From: Octopus bimaculoides
Taxonomy: Eukaryota
Length of the DNA stretch: 43,286 bases
NCBI RefSeq assembly: GCF_001194135.2
Contig: NC_069002.1
Span: 3,621,661-3,664,946, forward strand
Direction of reading: 5' to 3'
How positions within the stretch are numbered: position 1 is the stretch's first letter; every line of letters starts with the position of its first letter. The position numbers were made by a program, and so were the translations under genes. Positions 1 to 10,611 of this stretch are shown here, in pieces. Below the pieces are notes generated by a model. The model did no database searches. It worked only from the letters and a program-made list of their open reading frames with translations, and was not told the DNA's origin.

Positions 1-443
1 TTAATTAAATTTTGTTAACGTATGTAGTATTTAATTCCATTTGTTTATCTATGTATTGTATTAAAAAAAAAAAAATAAAAAAACACACACACACACACAC
101 ACACACACATGAACATATAAATAAATAAAAACTAATACAAATGAACACGTATTAACAGTGCGTGTGTTTTTATTGGCTAAACTGGCAATATGACCATCCC
201 CAAGTACAACAATATATATATATATATATAATTTATATATTATTTATATTATTATATGATCGAACTTTATTACATGATCGAACATCTTTCTCTAAGTAAG
301 TTTTATCTTAATAATTGATTTGCGCACTCTATTACTATTACTATTACTTCCTTGTCTCTCTCTCTCTCTCTCTCTCTTGTTCTTCATCCTTTCTGTTTTT
401 CTCTCCCACCTTTTCCCTATTCTTCTCTCCCTTTCACCGTTCC

Positions 444-482
<39 letters not shown>

Positions 483-881
483 TCTTACTCCTCCTCCTTG
501 ACCCTCTCGTCGCTGACATGTGACGAAAGGGATTCTTTATTTCTATCCGCTGGCTTCTTATAGAGAAGACGTGATTTTTCTGTCTCTTGTCTCTTCTCAC
601 ATTCACGTCTACTAGCGTTCAAAAAATAATACTTTTTCTATCGTCTTGGCTCAACAGCCCTCACCGTTTGTGTTTACTGTCTTGTTCTCACTGTCCTGTT
701 CTTGTTAACACTTTCACCCTCTGCAAAAAATTCCAAATTTTATTTAATTTGCTTTGCGGGAAGGACTGTTCCAACGAAGTCGCGTATTGTCCTTGCCTTC
801 GAAACGCGGAGTAGATGGAACAGGGACAACTGATGAAGGGAAATATTCTTTATGTTGCATGTCTCGTTTCTCTGTTCTTTT

Positions 882-1167
882 NNNNNNNNNNNNNNNNNNN
901 NNNNNNNNNNNNNNNNNNNNNNNNNNNNNNNNNNNNNNNNNNNNNNNNNNNNNNNNNNNNNNNNNNNNNNNNNNNNNNNNNNNNNNNNNNNNNNNNNNNN
1001 NNNNNNNNNNNNNNNNNNNNNNNNNNNNNNNNNNNNNNNNNNNNNNNNNNNNNNNNNNNNNNNNNNNNNNNNNNNNNNNNNNNNNNNNNNNNNNNNNNNN
1101 NNNNNNNNNNNNNNNNNNNNNNNNNNNNNNNNNNNNNNNNNNNNNNNNNNNNNNNNNNNNNNNNNNN
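882..1167. other. Assembly gap (N run)
   Basis: Run of N between T-rich flanks; ORFs crossing it are artefacts. Confidence 0.99.
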
Positions 1168-1330
1168 TTTTTTTTTTTTCGTTGCTCAAAAAAAAAGTTC
1201 GTTTTCTGTTTTCGTTTCTCATTGTGTTTAACGTTTTTTTTTGTGATGTCCTGTAGCCACATATATATATGTGTGTGTGTGTGTAGAATGTTAGAAGTGG
1301 TGTACATATACTATATATTCTTTTCTACTC

Positions 1331-1415
1331 TATGCACAAGGCCCGAAATTTTTGGGGAGGGGGCCAGTCGATTAGATCGACTCCAGTACGCAACTGTACT
1401 TAATTTATCGACCCC
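1331..1415 (-). mobile_element. SINE family B, 3' fragment
   Basis: gcacaaggcccgaaattt...gtcgattagatcgactccagtacgcaactgtacttaatttatcgacccc matches the copies at 19310-19400 and 21485-21570. Confidence 0.7.
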
Positions 1416-1950
1416 ACGCTTGGAAAATGTTTCACTACAAAATCCAATGTAATCGGAATCTACACCATCTGAAGCGTATTTGTAGAAAATTTCATGAAAA
1501 ATTATCCATTTTTCTGGAAGCTATAAGGGAGCAAAGTTAGGTGGGCACAAATGTGTAGATACACACACATACACATAAAAGAAAAACAAATGAGATTAAA
1601 AAATCCTGGCAGATATCAATTAAGCGCTCAATATAAAAGAAAGAATATGGTTGAATTTCCAGCAAGTAGCTACCAGGAAATGTAAGTAGAATACAAATCC
1701 TAGGTAAATCCTTAATGCATGACAGGTAAATCCAAAAATCCTTTTGTAGAATTTCAAAAAATTCAGGGTATTTAACAATCAATTATATGTACAAAGAAAT
1801 CATATTATTGGTTGTTTCTTCCTGGAGTAGAATTCCCTTTTGAAGGTACGTGTGTGTGTGTGTGTCCCCCTCCGAAAAATTCCTGGGACCGCGCCTGCTA
1901 TCAATTATATAGACATGCACGCACGCATACGCGCGCACACACACACAGAG

Positions 1951-2318
1951 GGGCGCAGGCATGGTTGTTAAGAAGCTTGCCTTGCAACCACGAGGTTTCA
2001 GGTTCGGTCCCACTGTGTGACACCTTGAGCGAGTATGTTTTACAATAAACCCAGGCCGACCAATGCCTTGTGAGTGAATTTCGTAGACGGAGACTGTGTA
2101 GAAGCCTATCCTCAGTGTGTGTGTGTGTATTCGTGTATATGTGTGTGTACGTATGTCTGTCCACCGCTTGGAAACCGATGAAGATTTGTTTACTTCCCCG
2201 TACTTTAGTTCGAGTAAACAACAGAATAAGTACCAAATTAAAGAAACAAAGTACAGGGTCGATTTGTTTGATTCCTTCGAGGCGGTGCCCCAGCATGGCC
2301 GCACTCCAATGGCAGAAG
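1951..2318 (+). mobile_element. tRNA-derived SINE family A, diverged full-length copy
   Basis: tRNA-like head (ggttcggtccc B-box-like), body gccttgtgagtg..., internal (TG)n, 3' part ccccagcatggccgca; collinear with 28099-28512. Confidence 0.8.
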
Positions 2319-2645
2319 ATCTTCTTTAATCCTCTCTTTCTCATCTCGTTCTCCCGTTTCTTTCTTCTTCCTACCTTAACGTATCTCTCTCTCCTTTCTC
2401 TCTCTCTCAATCTCACTCATTTTTTCCTTCTTGCCCCTTTTTGGCTTCTTTGCATGTTTTCCTTCTCTTACGTAAGTCTTTTTTCTTCCTCTACACCTTT
2501 CGTTCCGTTCGTTCGTTCTCATCACCTTTTACTATTCATTGTCTTTCCTTTATACTTTCATTCTTTCTCGCTGATTCTTGTCTGTCTTCCTTCATTCGCT
2601 TTGTCATTATTTTCCCCCCTTTTTATCACTTTCACGTGCATACAG

Positions 2646-2646
<1 letters not shown>

Positions 2647-2708
<62 letters not shown>

Positions 2709-2730
2709 CAGACAGAGAGAGAGAGAGAGA
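2647..2730 (+). repeat. (GATA)n followed by (GA)n microsatellite
   Basis: Direct reading; about 15 GATA units. Confidence 0.97.
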
Positions 2731-3024
2731 ACACGCATAGACATACAGACACAACGTTCACGCGCACAAAATACGCATGCATACAAGCACATACTCACAC
2801 TCAAAACACACGCATACACAGAAACCCAACCATATGCGCACACACACGGAAACACGTATATACACACGCATTCACACAACATACACACACAGACACGCAC
2901 ACATACATACGCACGCACACACACAATACAGGCGCATGTATTACAATCTCTGCCTGTCTTTCTCACTCTATCATTCACCCTCTCTATTTTCCCTCTTCTC
3001 TCACCCCACTCCTCTCTTCAACAG

Positions 3025-3440
3025 ACGTGAGGGCTTCAGCTAGACTGCAACCAGAACACAGAAACACTCACACAGTTCTCTTCTATCTACACCTATAATA
3101 AGACAAGAACGAAATACTGCAAGCATCATTTTCTCGTTTACTCTTGCAGTGGAAAGACAAGACAATCCTAAAACCACAATCGTAAAAAGAAACCCTTAAA
3201 AAAACACACACACACGAAAGAAAACAACAAAATCACGATGTATATAGATACAAGGTTTGGAAACCTGAACGAAAGGTCCTAATTAAGGACCTGAGACCAA
3301 AAAATATATTTAATGTATACATATAAACGTGATTTGATATAACGAATGCAACAGATAGATAAATAGATAGATAGATAGATAGAATGACAGAGAAAGCGAG
3401 TAGTTTCTAGGGATACCATACCTGAAAGTCTAAAAGGTAG
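3025..3440 (+). other. Candidate non-coding (5'UTR-like) exon
   Basis: Long pyrimidine tract 2960-3020 ending ..caacAG (3024); tandem strong donors AAG|GTAGGT (3437) and TAG|GTAAGT (3441); no ATG remains open to the donors. Confidence 0.3.
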
Positions 3441-3742
3441 GTAAGTACACACCTCGTTTTATTCTTCTGTCTAGTTTCTCTTTCCGTCCAGTTTCTCTTG
3501 TTCTTTCTGTCTTTCTACCGTTCGTTCCCTCATCTTTTAATAGCTCGTTCTATCTTTCATTCACTCATTCCTTCTTTCAGAAACCTCAGTCATACGGTCA
3601 TCGCTCGTTTTGCCATTTCATCTATCTATCTATCTATCTATCTATATTTGTTTCTGTCTACACATACACACACACGTATGCATGTTTGCATATGTGTGTG
3701 TGCAACTGTCTGTCTGTCTCTCTCTCTCTCTCTTTCTCTCTC

Positions 3743-3871
3743 NNNNNNNNNNNNNNNNNNNNNNNNNNNNNNNNNNNNNNNNNNNNNNNNNNNNNNNNNN
3801 NNNNNNNNNNNNNNNNNNNNNNNNNNNNNNNNNNNNNNNNNNNNNNNNNNNNNNNNNNNNNNNNNNNNNNN
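3743..3871. other. Assembly gap inside a (CT)n microsatellite
   Basis: N run flanked by (TC)n on both sides. Confidence 0.99.
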
Positions 3872-3932
<61 letters not shown>

Positions 3933-4987
3933 CACACACACTGTGAAAAGAAGGGAATATGCTGTAATCCAATACAAAATTTGTTTCTTCCAATTTTTTC
4001 GTTTCTGATCTTCGGACGATCGAATCGAAGATCGAAAAGAGAAACTCGGAGTACCAATTTTTGATGGTCTCACATTTCTAGATACGAGTTAGACACACAA
4101 GTGCGTGCGCGGTTTCCTCTGTGTGTGTGTGTCCGTCCGTATATACAATTTATATATCCAAATAAAATTAAATATATACATGAAAGTATACGTACGCATA
4201 TAGACATACACACATAAGCATACAGGCGTATGCATACATTTACTCACACGCATACACGCGCGCGAACACATACATATACACATTCACACATCTAGCCATT
4301 CATATATTCATACGGATACACACGTATACATATGCACAGACATACACAAATTTGCATATATCTATACGTGTGTGCGCTCTCGCACATGCATGCTCACGCA
4401 CAGAGATTTACACGTTTATATAATATATATATATACATGATTTAATTGAAATGTATACATTTTTCAAAACTTATGCAAATGCCGTCATCTGTCTGTCTGA
4501 CATACGCGATTTTCTGTGAGATTATTAACCTGCTAGAAAGAACAGCAAAATCTGGCTCAAATCAAGAATTCTATTGTCGTCAACGTGTTAAATAATGTTG
4601 TCAGACTTCTTGCTAAAAAGACTGGTTGGTTACAAATGGAATGTCACAGAAATAATCCATTGACTGAAAAAACAACTATAATTATATTCAATAAAGAAAA
4701 AAGAAAAAAAGAAGCTTTTTATGTAGTTGCACAGTCTGCTAGAAATAGCAGCCAAATTTTCTTCAAATCACATTGTAATGTCTGTAAACGAAGAGATACA
4801 TTGAACAATGTAGGCTTTAATACTGGACTGGACTGCTCAATCAAAGCTGATATGGAGCTTAGAAACAACAACTATAATTCTCTTTCTTTCTTCCTTTCTT
4901 TCTTTCCTTTCTTTCTCCCCCTCTTTCTCTTTCTTTCTCTCTCTCTCTGCTGGCGTCACATAAAATTTCGTCCAGTACACTCTGTAA

Positions 4988-5120
4988 CATAATTGGCATT
5001 AAGAAGGGCATCTACCAGTGGTAACCATGCCAAAGTAGACATTGGGCTCGCCCAGTCCTCTGGCCTGCAGGCTCCTCCCTGCCAGAACAGAAAACAGACG
5101 TTAAATGACGATGATGATGA
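4988..5120 (+). mobile_element. Family C retroposon 3' end with (GAT)n tail
   Basis: aagggcatctaccag...cagacgttaaatgacgatgatgatga; same tail as 7731-7883 and 27085-27340. Confidence 0.7.
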
Positions 5121-5171
5121 TAAAGATAATGACAAGATATATCATCGTAGTCGACGTCATCGTCGTCGTCA

Positions 5172-5410
5172 TCATTGTCACTTTAAAGTCCACCTTTCCA
5201 TGCTTGCATGGGTCGGATGAAATTTGTTGAGGTGAATTTTCTATGGCTAGAAGCCCTTCCTATCATTAACCCTCACCTGTTTCCAAGTAAGGTGATTTCC
5301 CCCACCCCAACCTCATGACTGAACGTGCTTTTACGGAAGATTGGAAACAAAGGACACTGCTTGCATAACGGTGACACTCGTTTACAACTATCACAGAATG
5401 TCAAGGCAAA
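5172..5410 (-). mobile_element. Family C-related retroposon 3' end
   Basis: Starts with reverse tail (catcatt...tttccatgcttgcatgggtcggat), matching 22948 and 33500 copies, then diverges into a subfamily body. Confidence 0.55.
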
Positions 5411-5439
5411 GAGACAGTTACATATGTACACTCACACTT

Positions 5440-5529
5440 TGGTATGTCTTCTGGTACAGCCTCTGACTGACCAAAGCCCTGTGAATGGATTTGGTTGATG
5501 GAAACTGAAAGAAGCCTGTCAAATATATG

Positions 5530-5564
<35 letters not shown>

Positions 5565-5780
5565 TGAGTGTTTGACCCCCACCACTGCTTAACAACTGGT
5601 GTTTGCATGCTTATGTCCCCGTAACTTAATGGTTTGGCAAAAGAGACTGATAGAATAAGTACCAGACTTTGAAAAGAAAGAATACGTGCTGGAATCAATT
5701 CATTCCACTAAAATTCTTCAAGGTGATGCCCCAGCATGGCCACAGTTTAATGGCTGAAACAGGTAACAGATAAAAGAAAA
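5440..5780 (+). mobile_element. SINE family A, 5'-degraded
   Basis: gaccaaagccctgtgaatggatttggttgatggaaactgaaagaagcc, (TG)n, gtccccgtaactta..., ccccagcatggccacag. Confidence 0.8.
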
Positions 5781-5803
5781 ATAATATATGATTGACCACT
5801 AGC

Positions 5804-6060
5804 GGCACTGGCATTGGCCACACTCAAATGGTACTTTTTACATGTCACTGGCAGAGGTGCCAGTCAGGTGGCACTGGCATCGACAACGCTTGAATGGTGC
5901 TTTTTACATGTCACCGGCACGGGTGCTAGTCAAGCGGCACTGGCATTGGCCACGCTCAAATGGTGTTATTTATGTGCCAGTCAGGTGGCACTGGCGTCGG
6001 CCACACTCAAATGGTGCTTTGGTGCCAGTTAGGCGGCACTGGCATCATCCACGACTACAC
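5804..6060 (-). repeat. Five degenerate 48-66 bp tandem units internal to a family C element
   Basis: ggcactggc recurs at 5804, 5870, 5936, 5987 and 6035; the same motif (gtgccaccggcacg..ccagtcagg) occurs in the family C copy at ~33680-33715. Confidence 0.8.
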
Positions 6061-7039
6061 TTTCACCTGGCTCAACAGGTGTTCTACATAACATCATATA
6101 TGGAAAGATGTGATAATGATCCTATCGACCGTTCACTTCCTCTGATGTTAAGACATAAGATTGTTATTACCCATTTCCATATATTATGGCTTATATTACA
6201 TAACATTTGTATGAAAGATATAGAACACAAAATACAGCTTGTTTATGAAAATAACTGTAATGTCAATTTGACTCTTCTCTTTACTGCTTTTAAACTATTA
6301 CATGTGTGTGTGTGTGTGTGTTCATGTGTATTTATATATATATGTGTGCACAAATCTGCACATACACACACACCGTTTATTCCTTCGTCATTTCATTTTC
6401 TAATTACTGCTCTATATTTGACTAACACTTTGTTCTGAAACATATATTGAGTTCTACACCAGGTCATTACCCTTACAATGTCTAAGACAAATATGCATGT
6501 GTGTGTGCGTGCATACACACATACATAAATATAGTTATACATATATATATTACTGTCATGCATGTGTGTATGTGTGGGTAGGCAGGGTTGCTTTCATGTA
6601 AGAAAAAAATTAGCTTCAAGAAATAAGTCTAAGTGGCCAGTGGCACGAATGTGGACAATAAAGATGATTAATGGTACACTGGACACCATGCGAGATAAAT
6701 TCATGATTTATTGAAGCTAACCTCCCTTCTGACATGAATAAATAATTTCAATTAAGAAAGAATTCATTTTGTATGGCATTATATATATGTATATATATAT
6801 ATGTATGTATGTCATTATTCAGTTTTCATTCTTGCTAATAAAGGGTTGGTTTCTAACCCTAGATCCAAGGCTCCTTTATAGGAATTTCAACAACGTCAAC
6901 AGGCTACGTATGTATGTATGTATGGATGGATGGATGTATGTTTTTTGCATGTATGTATATATGTTTGTATGTATGTTTGTTTGTATGTATGTGTGTTTTT
7001 TTTGCATGCATTTATGTATGTATGTATGTATGTATTTGG

Positions 7040-7345
7040 AATAGGTGTTGGTGTGTAGTAACAAGTTTGCTTCTCATCCACATGGTTTTGAGTTCAGTCC
7101 CACGGCATGGCACCTTGGGCAAATGTCTTCTACTATAGCCTCGGGATGTTCTTTGCCCTCCCTTCAGTGACCGTCACATTTCCAAGTTTGCTGACATTCC
7201 TTGCCCCCCCCCCCACGGTCCCCTGATTTGTCCATGTGTGATTATTTCTTGTGGGGATACCTTAACGCATGTGTGTATATGCATTTGGTAGATGGGAACT
7301 GAAAGAAGCTCATGGATTTGGTAGATGAGAACTGAAAGAAGCCCA
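7040..7345 (+). mobile_element. SINE family A head/body with an insertion and a small internal duplication
   Basis: Head 7040-7145 (gagttcagtccc...accttgggcaaatgtcttctactatagcctcggg), unrelated 7146-7260, then atttggtagatg.gaactgaaagaagc twice (7283 and 7316). Confidence 0.75.
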
Positions 7346-7730
7346 TTCTGTGTGTGTTATGTATCTATGTGTGTGTGTGTGTGTGTGAATAGCATTTATA
7401 ATGAGTTAATGGAAAGAACAACCAGAATTTATTCTGTAATTCACTACAGAAGTGTATTGTCGTTTCAACTCACCTGTCTGGTTTTAAGCTTTTGTTCTTT
7501 ATAATGAAACACTTTGTCTTGACATTCACCTGTCTTGTCCTTCAGACATTAATATGCACAAACATATACACATGTATAGACACATGTACACATACATCAC
7601 GCATGCTTGCTGAGACACACACATTCACATATATATATATATATATATATGTATATATGTGCATATATGTACACACACATGTATGTATGCATGTATGTAT
7701 CTAATATATATATATATATACTGTCTACTT

Positions 7731-7883
7731 TGCAGAGTGGTTGGTGTTAGGAAGGGCATCCAGCCATAAAAACCCTGTCAAAAGAGACACAGTAGCCTAG
7801 GGTAGTCTTCTACCTGGCCGGCTCCTGTCAACCATCTTATCCAACCCATGCATGCATGGAAGACGGACATTAAACGATGATGG
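7731..7883 (+). mobile_element. Family C retroposon 3' end
   Basis: gttggtgttaggaagggcatccagcc...ccaacccatgcatgcatggaagacggacattaaacgatgatg. Confidence 0.75.
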
Positions 7884-8897
7884 TATTTATATATATATAT
7901 TACATATATAAACATAGTGGCTACTACTAACTTCAGGCCTCAACAGACTGAGACGATGCTCTTGAAGCCGAGAATTTGAATTTATGGAGATAATATTTAC
8001 CGGTTTCAAGGTCTGTTGACCACTCCTCAGAGAAGATGTTACTAGTTTTCTTTCCTCTATTGGCAACATAAATCAGCTGTTTATTTCAATGCTATTCATT
8101 GGGCAATGACCCCAGGTACATCTCTGATGCACGGTCAATATGCAGTGAAATGGTCCATCAAGAAACTCCCTTTTTTTCTACACATCAATAGTACAAAAAG
8201 TGTTGGTTTGTCATGTTTAAATTTATTTCTGTTCTAATTAATGCTGTGTTGTTTATAAATAGACTTATAACATACATATTTGCGTAAAAGTAGATATTTT
8301 TAAGAGCGATATACTGTAAAGGTAGATATTTTCAGAGCGAAATGACTGCTGCTGAGATGTCGACAGCACCCCTCCACCCACTCACCCACGTATTCAATTA
8401 CCTCCCCTTCCCACAGAACAATTGTTTCCCCTGCATCCTCCTCGGTGCATTCATCAACCCTACCCATCTCTTTACTGTACCTACTCACCCATCTCTTCAT
8501 CCGTTGAGTGTAGTGATTGCGAAGCTGTGAAGCTGTGAAACTGTGAATGCGTATGTGTAGAGGAGGTAGAAGAGAAGCAACATTGACACTGATAACAAGC
8601 ATGGATTAATTGCTTGCTACTTGTGTGTGTGTGTGTGTGTGTGTGTGTGCACATATATACATGCTGTATTTTATAGCGTAAAAAGACACACAGGTGTATT
8701 AGATGTGCTCCAGTTTCAATGGCGCATGTTCACAAAATCCTGTCAAAACAACAAAATTAGTTTTATGGAAGGCCCAATTTCACACAAAGGGCCCCAGGGG
8801 TGGGGGTTGTTTTGAAGGAATTTTTTGGGGAAAGAGAAGTGGAAAAGTGGATCTTATATACCTTCAAAAACAATATGTGTATGCACATACGTATATA

Positions 8898-8949
<52 letters not shown>

Positions 8950-9374
8950 NNNNNNNNNNNNNNNNNNNNNNNNNNNNNNNNNNNNNNNNNNNNNNNNNNN
9001 NNNNNNNNNNNNNNNNNNNNNNNNNNNNNNNNNNNNNNNNNNNNNNNNNNNNNNNNNNNNNNNNNNNNNNNNNNNNNNNNNNNNNNNNNNNNNNNNNNNN
9101 NNNNNNNNNNNNNNNNNNNNNNNNNNNNNNNNNNNNNNNNNNNNNNNNNNNNNNNNNNNNNNNNNNNNNNNNNNNNNNNNNNNNNNNNNNNNNNNNNNNN
9201 NNNNNNNNNNNNNNNNNNNNNNNNNNNNNNNNNNNNNNNNNNNNNNNNNNNNNNNNNNNNNNNNNNNNNNNNNNNNNNNNNNNNNNNNNNNNNNNNNNNN
9301 NNNNNNNNNNNNNNNNNNNNNNNNNNNNNNNNNNNNNNNNNNNNNNNNNNNNNNNNNNNNNNNNNNNNNNNNNN
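8950..9374. other. Assembly gap inside an (AT)n microsatellite
   Basis: N run flanked by (AT)n. Confidence 0.99.
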
Positions 9375-9407
<33 letters not shown>

Positions 9408-9744
9408 TTACTTTTTTTTCCCTTTTTTTTGTTTTAATCATCATATATCCAGCCATGCTGGAGTATCTATGCATATACACTGTTATCCTTCTGTTTTACA
9501 CACACACACACACACATGTACACACACACACACACAAATTACACACGAGCACATGCACACACACACACACACACACATATATTCTTGTTCATCCATAAAA
9601 CTATATTCTATTATTCTTTTAATGGCTTTCAGCCACGGGACTGTTGCTATATCTGGGTATCACATCCAAAGCTTTTAGTCAGTCATACTAACCCAAGGAC
9701 ATATATTTCAGTTCAGTACATATATTACAGATCTCTGTTTATCG

Positions 9745-9860
9745 ATTGGCCTTGTGGTTAGGGTGTAGTGCTCAGTCATGAGATTATGGGTTCGATTCCC
9801 TGACCAGTCGGTTGGCATGTTTTGAGGAAAACACTTCATTTTGCATTGCTCTGGTGCTGT
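9745..9860 (+). mobile_element. tRNA-derived SINE family D head
   Basis: ggccttgtggttagggtg...gggttcgattccc (A/B-box-like), then gaggaaaacacttcattttgcattgctc, as in 23150-23280. Confidence 0.6.
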
Positions 9861-10421
9861 GTGCTGACTGACATGTCAAAGAATAGACCCGTTTCCACTG
9901 CATGTTGTCAAAGGTGACTAAAAGATTTTCAGGTAGAATTTACACTGTGACCTCGTAAAACCCTCACCAGCAACGAATACCCAAACAGACCCTTTGATCA
10001 GACCGACTGGAACCCATGTCATGCTCTGGGTGTTCCGGTAGGTTAAGAGTGAGAGGCAGAGGTCCAAAGGCTGATTGTGAGTACATACGCACTTGAAATA
10101 ATTAAGAAAACAACATGGTACATGTTAAGCTATCATAAATCCCACCTGGCTGTGCTTTATGGAGCGCTACATATTGATTGGTTGACATCTTGCGTCTGAA
10201 AAGCTTTTTCATTTATTCTAAAAACTGGTATTCCATCAGTTACAATGATTTACAGTTCCAGCTGATCCAATCAACTGAATGACCTGCTCATGGAAATAGC
10301 ATGCAAGGGGCTGAGTATTCCACAGACACGTGTACCCTTATCATAGTTCTCTGGGAGATTCAGTGTGACACAGAATCTGACAAGGCTGGCTCTTTGAAAT
10401 ACATGTGTGTGTGTATTTATA

Positions 10422-10610
10422 ATAGGCACAGGAGTTGTTATGTGGTAAGAAGTTTGTTTCTCAACCACATGGTTCCGGGTTTAGTCCCACTGTGTGGCAT
10501 CTTGGGCAAGTGTTTTCTACTATAGCCTCAGGCCGACCAAAGCCTTGTGAGTGGATTTGGTAGACGGAGAATGAAAGAAGCCTGTCATATATATATATAT
10601 ATATATATAT
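10422..10610 (+). mobile_element. SINE family A, 5' half ending in (AT)n
   Basis: ggcacaggagttgttatgtggtaag...ggttccgggtttagtcccactgtgtggcatcttgggcaagtg...gaaagaagcctgtc(at)n; the 3' half is absent because the Helitron end follows. Confidence 0.85.
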
Positions 10611-10611
10611 A

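Noticed and set aside
740-1452. Long ORFs spanning N runs (also 3498-4073, 8703-9598, 13712-14741, 31456-33450)
   Set aside because: Length comes from N gaps and dinucleotide repeats.
4585-4992. 135-aa ORF
   Set aside because: Built from two decayed copies of a dispersed repeat (tgctagaaa..agc..aaat...caaatc at 4531 and 4738) and a CT tract.
5804-6060. CRISPR-like repeat-spacer array
   Set aside because: The intervening segments are homologous to each other, the units are degenerate, the context is eukaryotic and there are no cas genes.
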